A stretch of 64,000 nt of DNA from an uncultured Holophagales bacterium (GTDB lineage Bacteria > Acidobacteriota > Thermoanaerobaculia > UBA5066), in contig CAZLQX010000004.1 of NCBI GenBank assembly GCA_964561935.1, forward strand, positions 157,414 to 221,413. Reading direction: 5' to 3'. Position 1 is the first letter of the stretch. The number at the start of each line of letters is the position of its first letter. Under the pieces are notes generated by a model. It was given only the letters and a program-made list of their open reading frames with translations, did not search any database and was not told the DNA's origin. Shown here one piece after another: positions 53,198 to 62,705 of the stretch. A program made the position numbers and the translations under genes.

Positions 53198-54133
53198 ATG
53201 AGCCGGCCCCGGGGGCGCTACGCCCCGTCTCCGACCGGGCCGCTCCACCTCGGGAGCCTCGTCGCGGCGGTCGGGTCGTGGCTCTTCGCCCGGAGCGCGG
53301 GAGGGGAGTGGCTCGTGCGGATGGAGGACCTCGACGGGCCGCGCGTCGTACCGGGGGCGGCCGACGGGATCCTGGGGGCCCTCGAGCGGTACGCCCTGAC
53401 GTGGGACGGCGAGGTCGCGGTCCAGTCGCGGCGGACGGGGCTCTACGGGGAGGCGCTCGCGCAGCTCCGCGCCTCGGGCCTCGTCTACGACTGCGGCTGC
53501 ACGCGGGCGGAGGTCGCCCGCGCGGCCGGGGCGCCGGATGCCTCGGACCCCGTCGACGCGGCAGGGGCGGTCTACGCCGGGACCTGCCGGGTGGGGCTCC
53601 CTCCGGGGCGCGCGCCCCGCGCGGCGAGGTTCCGGGTGCCGGAGGGGACGATCTCCTTCGAGGACCGGGTCCGGGGCCGGGTCGAGGAGGACGTCGCGCG
53701 CGCCGTCGGCGACTTCGTCGTGAAGCGGGCCGACGGGCCGTTCGCCTACCAGCTCGCGGTCGTCGTCGACGACGCGGCGCAGGGGGTGACGGAGGTCGTC
53801 CGCGGAGGGGACCTCCTCTCCTCGACGGCGCGGCAGATCGCGCTCCAGCGGGCGCTCGGCCTCCCGACGCCGTCGTACGCGCACCTCCCGCTCGTCCTCG
53901 GGGCCGACGGGAAGAAGCTCGGGAAGCGCGACGGCGCGCTCCCGCTCGAGGCGCTCGACGAGGGGCGCGTCGCGGAGACGCTCGCCCTCGCGCTCCGGCT
54001 CCTCGGGCAGCAGGTCGAGGGGGACGCGCCGGCGGAGATGCTCGCGGCGGCGAAGGCCCGGTTCGACCCGGCGCGCATCCCGACCGGGCCGCTGACGGTC
54101 GGGCCGGGCGGCAGGATCGTCAGCGGCGCTTAG
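53198..54133 (+). CDS. gluQ: Glutamyl-Q tRNA(Asp) synthetase (GluQRS/YadB).
   Basis: Class I HIGH region RYAPSPTGPLHLGS. About 310 aa truncated GluRS catalytic domain. Zn-binding Cys cluster YDCGCTRAE...YAGTC. KMSKS-like LGKRDG. Confidence 0.83.
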   Translation: MSRPRGRYAPSPTGPLHLGSLVAAVGSWLFARSAGGEWLVRMEDLDGPRVVPGAADGILGALERYALTWDGEVAVQSRRTGLYGEALAQLRASGLVYDCGCTRAEVARAAGAPDASDPVDAAGAVYAGTCRVGLPPGRAPRAARFRVPEGTISFEDRVRGRVEEDVARAVGDFVVKRADGPFAYQLAVVVDDAAQGVTEVVRGGDLLSSTARQIALQRALGLPTPSYAHLPLVLGADGKKLGKRDGALPLEALDEGRVAETLALALRLLGQQVEGDAPAEMLAAAKARFDPARIPTGPLTVGPGGRIVSGA

Positions 54134-55010
54134 GACGCCGGCGCGCCGCGGCGGGGCCGAGGACGGCGCAGGCCGCGGCGAGCTTCCGCTCGAAGGCGGC
54201 GAGGTCGTTCCGCTCGACGAGGGCGCGCCAGGAGGCGAGCTCCTCGGCGAGGAGGTCGAAGAGAGCCGGCGTCGCGGGGTTCCGGGCCTGGATCGGGAGC
54301 GTCAGGTCGGGGGCCTGGTGGAGGATCGGCGCGGCGAGGAGGCAGAGGTTCCGGAAGCTCGTCGAGGCGAGGCCGTCGAGGCTGCGCACCTTCACCCCCT
54401 CGCGGGCCAGGGTCGAGCCGGCGACGAGGGAAAGGAGGTGGGCGAGACCGAGCGTCCGGGCAACCCACGCGTCGTGCGCGGCGATCGGCATCGTCGCGAG
54501 CTTCAGGCCGAGGCCCGAGAAAAGGCGCGCCGCGCCGCGCGCGGCGGCGGGGGCGCCCGCGCTACAGACGATGAGGTTCTGCCCGGCGAGCGAGCGGACG
54601 CCGGGGCCGAACATCGGGTGGACGGAGGCGACGCGGAGGCCCCGCCGGGCCGCCTTCGCGTAGAGCGGGAGGAGCGGCCCCTTCACGCTCGCCACGTCGA
54701 GGACGAGGCCGGGGGGAGAGAGGGCGAAGACCTCCGCGAGGACGGAGGGCGTCGCCTCGAGCGAGACGGAGACGACGACGGCGTCGGCCGCGGCGGCCGT
54801 CTCGAGCGGGACGGAGGGGAAGCCGGCGAGGCGCCGGCCGGGGTCGTGGACCGCGACGGCGTGGCCGGCGGCGCGGAACGCGCGCGCGAGGAGGCGCCCC
54901 ATCCGCCCCGCGCCGCCGACGAGGAGGACGGTCCGGAGCGGAGCGGCCCGGCCTCGTCCGCCGGACGCCGCCCGCGCCCCGTTCCGTCGGGCGGCGCCGC
55001 GCACGGGCAT
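54120..55010 (-). CDS. Prephenate/arogenate dehydrogenase family protein (TyrA-like).
   Basis: NAD-binding LLVGGAGRMGRLLARAF. TyrA signature ASVHPMFGP. Its 3' end overlaps the gluQ 3' end by 14 nt. Confidence 0.72.
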   Translation of the reverse strand: MPVRGAARRNGARAASGGRGRAAPLRTVLLVGGAGRMGRLLARAFRAAGHAVAVHDPGRRLAGFPSVPLETAAAADAVVVSVSLEATPSVLAEVFALSPPGLVLDVASVKGPLLPLYAKAARRGLRVASVHPMFGPGVRSLAGQNLIVCSAGAPAAARGAARLFSGLGLKLATMPIAAHDAWVARTLGLAHLLSLVAGSTLAREGVKVRSLDGLASTSFRNLCLLAAPILHQAPDLTLPIQARNPATPALFDLLAEELASWRALVERNDLAAFERKLAAACAVLGPAAARRRPKRR

Positions 55011-55014
55011 CGCG

Positions 55015-56250
55015 CTACCGCGCGACGCGGAGGAAGCGCTTGCCGAGGCGGACGTACCGCGCGGCGCCGGGCTCGAGCGCGAACGGCTCGGCGGGGTTCT
55101 CGGCCTTCGTGAAGGCGACGCCGTCCGCGGAGGTGGCGACGGCGCCCTCCTTCACCTTCTGCCTCGCGACGTTCTTGCTCGCGGCGAGGCCCACCGCGAC
55201 GAGGAGCGAGGCGAGGTCGGCGGGAGCCGGGTCGGGGAGGGCGACGGTCTCGGCCTTCACCGGCCCCTCGGCCTTCGCGAAGCGCCGCTCGAACTCGGCC
55301 TCGGCGGCGGCCGCCGCCGCCTCGCCGTGGAAGTCGGAGACGAGCTGGCGGGCGAGGTCCATCTTGACCCGCTTCGGGTGCTTCGCGCCGGAGGCGACGT
55401 CGGCCTTCAGGGCCTCGATGTCGTGCGGGAAGAGGTCCGTCAGGAGGGTCCACCAGGTCCACATCATCTCGTCGGAGACCGACATGGCCTTCCCGAAGAT
55501 CTCGTCCGGCGCCTCGCTCACGCCGACGTGGTTCCCGAGCGACTTCGACATCTTCTCGACGCCGTCGAGGCCGACGAGGAGCGGCGTCGTCATGACGCAC
55601 TGCGGGGCCAAGCCGTAGCTTCGCATCAGCTCGCGGCCGACGAGGAGGTTGAAGAGCTGGTCGGTGCCGCCGAGCTCGACGTCGGCCTCCAGGAACACCG
55701 AGTCGTACCCCTGGCAGAGCGGGTAGAGGAGCTCGTGGACGGAGATCGGCTGGCCGGCCTTGAAGCGCTTGGAGAAGTCGTCCCGCTCGAGGAGCTGCGC
55801 CACCGTGTAGCGCCCCGCGAGGCGCACGAGCCCGTCGGCCCCGAGGGCGCCGAGCCAGCGGGAATTGAAGTCGACGACGGTCGTCTTCGGGTCGAGGATC
55901 TTGAAGACCTGCGCCTTGTAGGTCTCGGCGTTCGCGAGGACCTCGTCCTTCGTCAGCTGCGGGCGGGTCGCCTTCTTCCCGGTCGGGTCTCCGATGAGGC
56001 CGGTGAAGTCGCCGATGAGGAAGACGACCTCGTGGCCGAGCTCCTGGAAGTGACGCATCTTCCGGAAGACGACGGTGTGGCCGAGGTGGAGGTCGGGCGC
56101 GGAGGGGTCGAAGCCGACCTTGACCCGGAGCGGCTTGCCCGACTTCCGGGAGGCTTCCAGCTTCGCGGCGAGCTCGTCCTTCTGGACGCAGGTCTCGACG
56201 CCTTTCAGGAGGAGCTCGAGCTGATCGGGGACGGGAGCGAAGTTCGGCAC
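55015..56250 (-). CDS. tyrS: Tyrosyl-tRNA synthetase.
   Basis: HIGH motif PDLHLGHTV, KMSKS motif KMSKSLGN, C-terminal S4-like domain. Confidence 0.93.
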   Translation of the reverse strand: MPNFAPVPDQLELLLKGVETCVQKDELAAKLEASRKSGKPLRVKVGFDPSAPDLHLGHTVVFRKMRHFQELGHEVVFLIGDFTGLIGDPTGKKATRPQLTKDEVLANAETYKAQVFKILDPKTTVVDFNSRWLGALGADGLVRLAGRYTVAQLLERDDFSKRFKAGQPISVHELLYPLCQGYDSVFLEADVELGGTDQLFNLLVGRELMRSYGLAPQCVMTTPLLVGLDGVEKMSKSLGNHVGVSEAPDEIFGKAMSVSDEMMWTWWTLLTDLFPHDIEALKADVASGAKHPKRVKMDLARQLVSDFHGEAAAAAAEAEFERRFAKAEGPVKAETVALPDPAPADLASLLVAVGLAASKNVARQKVKEGAVATSADGVAFTKAENPAEPFALEPGAARYVRLGKRFLRVAR

Positions 56251-56398
56251 GCGCGGATTCTAGAGGCCCGGAGGGCGCGGACGAACCCGGAGGGCGCGGC
56301 GGCAGAGGAAAGGGCGCGGGGGGGGGGCCGCAAGGCGCCGCCGTGCGAAGGCGCGCCTCGGGCGACGCGCGCGCGCCCGCCTCCGTACACTCCGGAGC

Positions 56399-57616
56399 GT
56401 GGAGACGGACGACCTCAACCGGCTCATCCGGTCGCTGAACGAGGCCGGCGCGGCGGGGGAGGCCGACACGCCGCTCGTGGAGCACGTGCGCGACGAGGAG
56501 GCGCCCGGCGCCGGGCCGCTCCCGGTCGCTCCAGCCGCGGCCGAGAAGGAGATGGCGCCCCGCCTCGCCGCGCTCCTGACGGAGACCGTCCGCCGCGGAG
56601 GGACGGACCTCCTCCTCGTCCCGGGCGCGGCGCCCGTCCTGAGGCTCCACGGCGCGCTGGAGCCGGTCGGGGCGGGAGCCGGGCCGCTCGGAGCGCCGGA
56701 GGCGTACGACCTCCTCTCGCCGTCGCTCTCCGCGGAGCGCCGACGGAAGTACGCCGCGGAGGGGGCCGTCGACCTCTCGCTCCGGCTCGGGCCGCTCGGC
56801 CGCTTCCGGGTGAACCTCCACCGGACGCGGCGCGGCGCCGCCGCGGCGATCCGCGTCCTGCCGAAGAGGATCCCGCCTCTCGCCGAGCTCGGCCTCCCCG
56901 AGTCGCTCTACGACCTGACCAAAGGGACACGCGGGCTCGTCCTCGTGACGGGGGCGACGGGCTCGGGGAAGACGACGACGCTCGCCGCCCTCGTCGACCG
57001 GATCAACCGGACCCAGCGTCGGCACGTCGTGACGATCGAGGACCCGGTCGAGTACGAGCACGCGCACGGGACGTCGGTCGTCGAGCAGGTCGAGGTCGGG
57101 GCCGACGCGCCGAGCTTCGCCGCGGCGCTCGTCGCTTCGCTCCGGCAGGACCCCGACGTGATCCTCGTCGGCGAGATGAGGGACCTCGAGACGACGCGCG
57201 TCGCGCTCACGGCGGCCGAGACGGGGCACCTCGTCCTCGCGACGCTCCACACGAACGACGTGCCGCAGACGGTGAACCGGATCACGGACATTTTCCCGGC
57301 CGAGCAGCAGGCGACCGTGCGGCAGCAGCTCTCGCTCGCCCTCTCGGCCGTCCTCTGCCAGCAGCTCGTGCCCCGGGCCGACGGGAAAGGGCGCGTCGTG
57401 GCGACGGAGCTGATGGTCGCGACGGACGGCGTGAGGGCCCACATCCGGAAGGGGACGTTCCACCAGCTCCACACGGAGATGACGCTCGGGCGCCGCTTCG
57501 GGATGGTCACGATGGAGGATTCGCTCGCCCGCCTCGTGAAGGCCGGGACGGTCACCGAGGCGGAGGCGCGCCTGCGCGCCGCGCACCCCGACGACCTCGC
57601 GGCGCTCCTGAAGTAG
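56399..57616 (+). CDS. pilT: Type IV pilus retraction ATPase PilT (twitching motility).
   Basis: Walker A GATGSGKTTTLAALV. PilT signature AHGTSVVEQVEVG...ILVGEMRDLET, LVLATLHTNDVPQTVNRI. Confidence 0.93.
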   Translation: METDDLNRLIRSLNEAGAAGEADTPLVEHVRDEEAPGAGPLPVAPAAAEKEMAPRLAALLTETVRRGGTDLLLVPGAAPVLRLHGALEPVGAGAGPLGAPEAYDLLSPSLSAERRRKYAAEGAVDLSLRLGPLGRFRVNLHRTRRGAAAAIRVLPKRIPPLAELGLPESLYDLTKGTRGLVLVTGATGSGKTTTLAALVDRINRTQRRHVVTIEDPVEYEHAHGTSVVEQVEVGADAPSFAAALVASLRQDPDVILVGEMRDLETTRVALTAAETGHLVLATLHTNDVPQTVNRITDIFPAEQQATVRQQLSLALSAVLCQQLVPRADGKGRVVATELMVATDGVRAHIRKGTFHQLHTEMTLGRRFGMVTMEDSLARLVKAGTVTEAEARLRAAHPDDLAALLK

Positions 57617-57635
57617 GGCGGGACCGCGCGGCCGG

Positions 57636-59030
57636 TCAGTCGCCGTCGAGGCAGCTCTCGAGGACGCGCGTCGTCGCGCCGGGCCGCACCTCGAACGTGA
57701 CCGTCATCGCGCAGCCCGACTCCGGGTGGGCGAGGCGGGCGCGGTAGCGGCCGGCGGGAACGGTGAGCTGCGCGGGGAGCGGCTCTGGGCCGGCGACGCG
57801 CCGGCCCGACCCGTCCTCGAGCGTCTCGAGGAGGCCGCCCGGGACGAGCGCCACGAGGAGGCGGCCGGGAGACGCCACGTCTCCGTCCGGGACCGCGGCG
57901 CCGCCCGAGCCCGCCGCCGCGGGCGCGACGTCCGTCGGAGAGGGAGCCGAGACGACGACGTGGACGGCGAAGGCGAGGGCGCCGACGAGGGCGGCGATCC
58001 CGAAGGAGAGGACGACGCGGCCGAGGACGAGCTCGCGCGTCAGGAGACGGGCGGCGGGGGCGAGCGCGGGGGCGAGCTCGCCTCCGGCCGGCGCGCTCGC
58101 CGGCTCGCCGGCCGCCTCGTCCGCCGTGGAGGTGATCTCGGCCCGCTTCTCCTCGAGCTCGCGGTGGACGGGCCTCACCTCGTCGAGCGCCTGCCAGAGG
58201 GCGGCGACGATCTCCTCCCACGAGGCGGGGCGGTCCTCGCGGCGGCGGGCCGTCATCCGCTCGACGAGCTCGACGAGCTTCGGCGCGGGGCCGCCCCTCG
58301 CGGCGGGGACGTCCAGCTTCGGCCAGGAGCGCGCGAGGTGGGCGTTCACGATTTCGGGAAGCGTCGAGCCCGAGACGGCGGGCCGCCCGGCGAAGAGCTC
58401 CCAGACGGTGAGGCCGAAGGAGTAGACGTCCGCGCGGAAGTCGAGCGTCTGCCCCTTCGGCAGGCCGAGGAGCTGCTCGGGCGGGGCGTAGGTGAGCTTG
58501 CCGAGGAAGGCGCCGTGCTGCGTCAGGCCGCCCGCCGCGGCGGAGGCGAAGAGGTCCTTGGCGACGCCGAAGTCGATGAGCTTCGGGGCGAAGCGCCCCT
58601 CCTCCATCCCGACGAGGACGTTGTCGGGGGCGACGTCGCGGTGGACGATCCCGCCGCGGGCCACGGCGGCGAGCGCCTCGGCGACCGGGATCAGGATCGG
58701 GATCAGCTCCCAGGCGGGCCGGAGCGCGAACTGCGAGAGCGGGACGCCGCGGACGAGCTCCATCGCGAGCCATCCGTAGCCGTCGAGCGTGACGCCCCAG
58801 TCGTGGAACTTCGGCAGGGCCGGGTGCGAGAGGCGCCCGAGGAGCTCCGCCTCGCGCTCGAAGCGCTCCTGGGGGCGGAAGTCGGGGTCGAGGTCGGCGA
58901 GGCTCGTGATCTTGAGGGCGACCTCGAGGCCGTCCGAGTCGCGCAGGGCGCGGAAGACCCCGGAGAGCCCGCCTCTCCCGAGACGCTCGACGATCGTGTA
59001 GCCGCCGACGAGGTTCGGGCGGACGTTCAC
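57636..59030 (-). CDS. Hanks-type Ser/Thr protein kinase with a TM segment and a C-terminal extracytoplasmic domain.
   Basis: Glycine loop GRGGLSGVF. VALK Lys motif. Catalytic loop HRDVAPDN. DFG motif. APE motif PPEQL. Confidence 0.88.
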   Translation of the reverse strand: MNVRPNLVGGYTIVERLGRGGLSGVFRALRDSDGLEVALKITSLADLDPDFRPQERFEREAELLGRLSHPALPKFHDWGVTLDGYGWLAMELVRGVPLSQFALRPAWELIPILIPVAEALAAVARGGIVHRDVAPDNVLVGMEEGRFAPKLIDFGVAKDLFASAAAGGLTQHGAFLGKLTYAPPEQLLGLPKGQTLDFRADVYSFGLTVWELFAGRPAVSGSTLPEIVNAHLARSWPKLDVPAARGGPAPKLVELVERMTARRREDRPASWEEIVAALWQALDEVRPVHRELEEKRAEITSTADEAAGEPASAPAGGELAPALAPAARLLTRELVLGRVVLSFGIAALVGALAFAVHVVVSAPSPTDVAPAAAGSGGAAVPDGDVASPGRLLVALVPGGLLETLEDGSGRRVAGPEPLPAQLTVPAGRYRARLAHPESGCAMTVTFEVRPGATTRVLESCLDGD

Positions 59031-59085
59031 GTCCCGGATCTTCTCAGAGGCGGGGCGGCCCGGGCGCGTCCCCGGGCCTCCCGTC

Positions 59086-60189
59086 TCAGCGCGGAGCGGG
59101 GGCGGGCGCGGCGGTCGGCGGGAGCTCGACCGGCGCGGCGTCCCGCGCCGCGGCCTCCTGGCGCAGCCTCTCGATCTCGGCCTGCTGGCGGGCGCGGTCG
59201 GCCGCGCGGTCCTTCTCCATCTGCTCGAGCTGCTTCTGGAGCGCGGCCTTGTCGGCCTCGAGGGTCGAGAGGGCCCGCGACATCCGCCCCTCGAGGTCCT
59301 TCCTCCTCGCGTCCGCGTCCCCGAGGCGGCGCTTCAGCTCGCCGACAGCCTCGCGGCTCGCGCCGGCCGTCTTCTCGAGCTCGCCGATCTTCCGGGCGAC
59401 CTCGGCCGACTCGGCGGCGAGGGCGTCGCGCTCTTTCCTCATCTCGTCGACCCTCGTCCCGAGCTCCCGCCGCACTTCCTGGACGCTCTCGTCGGCGGCG
59501 CGCGTGACGTGCGCGACCGTCTGCCGCGTCCGCCAGACGTTGTACCCGAGGGCGAACGCGAGGACGACGAGGGCGGCGCCCGTCAGGAGGAGGCCGATCT
59601 TCAGCGAGCGGGTCGCGCTCGTGATCGTGTCGGCGACGACCTCGCGGACGAAGACCGTCCCCTTCTCGACGAAGCCGGCGTCCCCCTGCTCCTTCGCCTT
59701 CGAGAGGGCGTCCTGGATCATGACCATGACCGTCTTCGGACCGACGGGCTTCTCGCCGGAGGAGGTCAGGACGCTCTTCCTCCGCGAGGCCGTGTCGTCC
59801 GCGCGGGCCGGCGGCTCGACGGGGCGCTTCGTCGCGCTGTCGTCGAAGACCGGGACGGGCGCCGTGCGCGAGACCTCGGCGCGGAGCCGCTGGACGGTGA
59901 AGACGGGTCCCCAGGCCCCGAAGCGGACCTCGCCCCCGTCCTCGACGGGGTGGTCGAGCGGGAACTCGCCCTGGGCGGAGAGGTCGCGGTTCCCGGCGGA
60001 GCGGACGCGGAAGCCGGCCCCCTCGACGGAGACCTCGATGACGCGCCCGCGCGCGCCGCCGTCCCCGGGCTGCGTCGGGTCGACCCTCAGGTCGACCCCC
60101 TCCGCGTCGCCGACCCTCACGAGGTCGGCGGGGAAGGAGAACTCGCGGTCCGAGAGGGAGCCCGAGAGGAACCGGACGACGATCGGCAT
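59086..60189 (-). CDS. FHA-domain protein with a TM helix and a coiled-coil C-terminus.
   Basis: N-terminal FHA core (RVGDAEGVDLRVDPTQPG...RGRVIEVS). TM helix IGLLLTGAALVVLAFALG. Long heptad-repeat tail. Immediately upstream of the kinase gene. Confidence 0.8.
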   Translation of the reverse strand: MPIVVRFLSGSLSDREFSFPADLVRVGDAEGVDLRVDPTQPGDGGARGRVIEVSVEGAGFRVRSAGNRDLSAQGEFPLDHPVEDGGEVRFGAWGPVFTVQRLRAEVSRTAPVPVFDDSATKRPVEPPARADDTASRRKSVLTSSGEKPVGPKTVMVMIQDALSKAKEQGDAGFVEKGTVFVREVVADTITSATRSLKIGLLLTGAALVVLAFALGYNVWRTRQTVAHVTRAADESVQEVRRELGTRVDEMRKERDALAAESAEVARKIGELEKTAGASREAVGELKRRLGDADARRKDLEGRMSRALSTLEADKAALQKQLEQMEKDRAADRARQQAEIERLRQEAAARDAAPVELPPTAAPAPAPR

Positions 60190-60256
60190 GGCGACCTCCT
60201 CCGCCCGAGGCGGGAGACGTGTACCGGGATTATCCGACCTCGCCGCCCGGGGCGGC

Positions 60257-60877
60257 TCAGTCGAGGATCTTCTCGAGGCGCGCGAAGAGGAACTCGAGGG
60301 CGACGGCGTTCTCGCCCCCCTCGGGGATGATGAGGTCGGCCCAGCGCTTCGACGGCTCGACGAACTCGAGGTGCATCGGCCTCACCGTCGACTCGTACTG
60401 CTCGACGACGCTGTCGAGCGTCCGCCCCCGCTCGGCGATGTCGCGCCGGATCCGCCGGATGAGCCGCACGTCGGCGTCCGTGTCGACGAAGATCTTCACG
60501 TCGAGGAGCTTCCGCAGCTCCGGCTCGGCGTAGATCAGGATGCCGTCGATGAGGATGACCTTCCGCGGCGGGATCCGGCGCGTCTCGGAGGCGCGCCGGT
60601 GGGTCTTGAAGTCGTAGACCGGGACCTCGACCGTCGCCCCGCCCTTCAGCGCCTTCAGGTGCCTCACGAGGAGGTCCGTCTCGAGCGAGTCGGGGTGGTC
60701 GAAGTTCTTGTGGTCGAGGACGTCCTTCGGGAGGTCGACCCAGTCGCGGTAGTACCAGTCGTGGGAGAGGATCGCGATGCGGTCCTCTCCCACGCGGTTC
60801 CGGATGGCATTCGCGACGGTCGTCTTGCCGGAGCCCGTGCCGCCCGCGACGCCGATGGCGAGAGGGGACGCGCTCAC
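60257..60877 (-). CDS. udk: Uridine kinase.
   Basis: P-loop IGVAGGTGSGKTT. Udk motifs ILSHDWYY and VILIDGILI. Confidence 0.88.
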   Translation of the reverse strand: MSASPLAIGVAGGTGSGKTTVANAIRNRVGEDRIAILSHDWYYRDWVDLPKDVLDHKNFDHPDSLETDLLVRHLKALKGGATVEVPVYDFKTHRRASETRRIPPRKVILIDGILIYAEPELRKLLDVKIFVDTDADVRLIRRIRRDIAERGRTLDSVVEQYESTVRPMHLEFVEPSKRWADLIIPEGGENAVALEFLFARLEKILD

Positions 60878-60902
60878 GCGCGCCCCCCGGCCGCCCCGAA
60901 CG

Positions 60903-61844
60903 TCACTTGAAGGCCTCGAGCATCTCCTTGGCCGTCGCGACCTCCTTGCCCTCCGGCTCGAGCCGGACGTACTCGGCGAGGTGCTTCTTCATGTCGGGGA
61001 TCTTGTTCAGGTTCACGCACGACATCCCGAGGAGGAAGTGCGCGTTCGCGTAGTCGGCCTTCCCCTCGAGGATCTTCCTCAGGATCGGCTCGGCCTCCTT
61101 GAACTTCCCCTTGTTGTAGAGGTCGACGGCCTGGTTGTAGAGGATCTCGGGCTTGTCGGGGTTCGCGGCGATGAACTTCTTCTCGTACTCGGCCGCCTTG
61201 ACCTTGTCGCCCTTCTCCTTGTAGGCCTCCATGAGGACGCCGAAGAGGGAGGAGTTGTCGGGCTCCAGGGCGAGGGCCTTCTCGCCCCACTCGGCGGCGA
61301 GGGCCCAGTCCTTCTTCGCGGCCGCGACCTTCGTCGCCATGTCGTACGCCCCGGCCTTCGTCGGCCCGAGCTCGATCGCCTTCTTCGCCCCCTCGATCGC
61401 CCCGTCGAGGTCGCCCGCCTGGAACTTGTCGACGGCGCCGTTGAAGGCCGCCGTGTACGGGTCGACGACCTCCTTGACGACGCCCTTCTGGACGGCCTGC
61501 TCCTGAGTGAAGAGCTCGATGTTCAGCTCGCCGGTCGTCGCGATCGGGACCTTGTGCTTCTCGCGCTTGACGGCGAGGTAGCCCTGCTTCTCGAAGAGGT
61601 AGTCGTACGTGAACGTCGAGTCGTTCAGGATCGTCCCCCACTTCCCGTCCTTGTCGGTCGTGAGGACGACCTTGAAGTTGCCGAGCGACTGCGTCGTGAT
61701 CGTGACGGTCGCGCCCTCGATGGGCTTCCCCTGACCGTCCTTGACCGTCCCCAGGATCCGGGCCTGGGCGCCCGCGAGAGCCAGCCCGCTGACGGCGACG
61801 AGGATCGCGATCAGTCCGGCCGAGAAGAGCTTCTTGTGGTTCAT
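60903..61844 (-). CDS. Secreted protein with an N-terminal carboxypeptidase-regulatory-like (CarbopepD_reg) domain followed by TPR repeats.
   Basis: Signal peptide MNHKKLFSAGLIAILVAVSGLALAGAQA. ILGTVKDGQGKPIEGATVTI beta-sandwich motif. TPR-like helices with Lys/Glu-rich composition. Confidence 0.72.
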   Translation of the reverse strand: MNHKKLFSAGLIAILVAVSGLALAGAQARILGTVKDGQGKPIEGATVTITTQSLGNFKVVLTTDKDGKWGTILNDSTFTYDYLFEKQGYLAVKREKHKVPIATTGELNIELFTQEQAVQKGVVKEVVDPYTAAFNGAVDKFQAGDLDGAIEGAKKAIELGPTKAGAYDMATKVAAAKKDWALAAEWGEKALALEPDNSSLFGVLMEAYKEKGDKVKAAEYEKKFIAANPDKPEILYNQAVDLYNKGKFKEAEPILRKILEGKADYANAHFLLGMSCVNLNKIPDMKKHLAEYVRLEPEGKEVATAKEMLEAFK

Positions 61845-62000
61845 CTCTAACCTCCGGCGGTGGCCGGGGCCACCAACCGGGCATTCTAGCGAACGCCGTG
61901 CCGGCCCCGGCGTCCGGGAGGCCGCCGGACCGCAACATGAAGAGGACGGCCTCCGGCGAAGGCTTCGCGGGCGACCGTCCCGCGCCTACACTCCGCGGCC

Positions 62001-62633
62001 ATGTGGCGGAAGCTCCTCGGGTTGCGGACGGAGACGGCGGCGCCGGAGGCGGCCCCTCCCCGCGCCTCCGCAGGCGTCGTCGTCGGAGCCTTCGGAGTCC
62101 CCGCGCACGTCGGGGCGCAGGGTGCGAGGTCCGCGGCCTCGCGCGTCGCCCGCGCGGGCGACGCCCCCCTCGCGCCGGACCTGTCCTGGGCCGCGCTCGT
62201 CCTCGCCGGAGAGCGGGCCGGCGACGTCGTCCGCTCGCCGGACGGACGCAACGGTCTTCCGCCGGGCACGCCGGTCCTCCTCGACGGCGCGCGGGGCGCG
62301 GGGGAGGAGCCGTTCGCGATCCCGCGCGAGGCGCTCGCCGGAACGCCGTTCCCGGGCGTGACGGGGGCGCGCGCCCTCGCCGCGACGCACGCGCGCGTCG
62401 TCCTCCGGCTCGGCCCGCCGCCGGCGGCGCGCTGGGCCGTGACGGGCCTCCGGAGCGTGGCGGTCTTCACGGGCCGCCTGACGCTCCTCGACGGCGAGGA
62501 GGCCTTCGACGTTCGCGTCGGCGAGGCGGCGCTCGTCGCCGACCCCTCGGCGGAGCTCCTCGTCCTGGCGGGAAACGACGCGGCCGTCGCCGTCGGCTTC
62601 GCGGAGCCCGGCCTGTCGGTTCGGCTTCGCTAG
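62001..62633 (+). CDS. Hypothetical protein, possibly a cupin-like fold.
   Basis: 210-aa ORF with consistent GC3 bias. No diagnostic motif recognised. Confidence 0.45.
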   Translation: MWRKLLGLRTETAAPEAAPPRASAGVVVGAFGVPAHVGAQGARSAASRVARAGDAPLAPDLSWAALVLAGERAGDVVRSPDGRNGLPPGTPVLLDGARGAGEEPFAIPREALAGTPFPGVTGARALAATHARVVLRLGPPPAARWAVTGLRSVAVFTGRLTLLDGEEAFDVRVGEAALVADPSAELLVLAGNDAAVAVGFAEPGLSVRLR

Positions 62634-62705
62634 CGGATCGGGAAGGCTCGCGCCGAAGCTCCCCGCGGCACCCCTGGCGCCTCCCTTCGGGCGGGGGAAC
62701 GGGAG

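Noticed and set aside
56251-56398. Possible T-box leader upstream of tyrS.
   Set aside because: The divergent intergenic space is only about 150 nt, too short for a T-box (usually 200 nt or more). No specifier-loop, T-box or antiterminator sequence was recognisable. The lineage is probably not a T-box-rich one.
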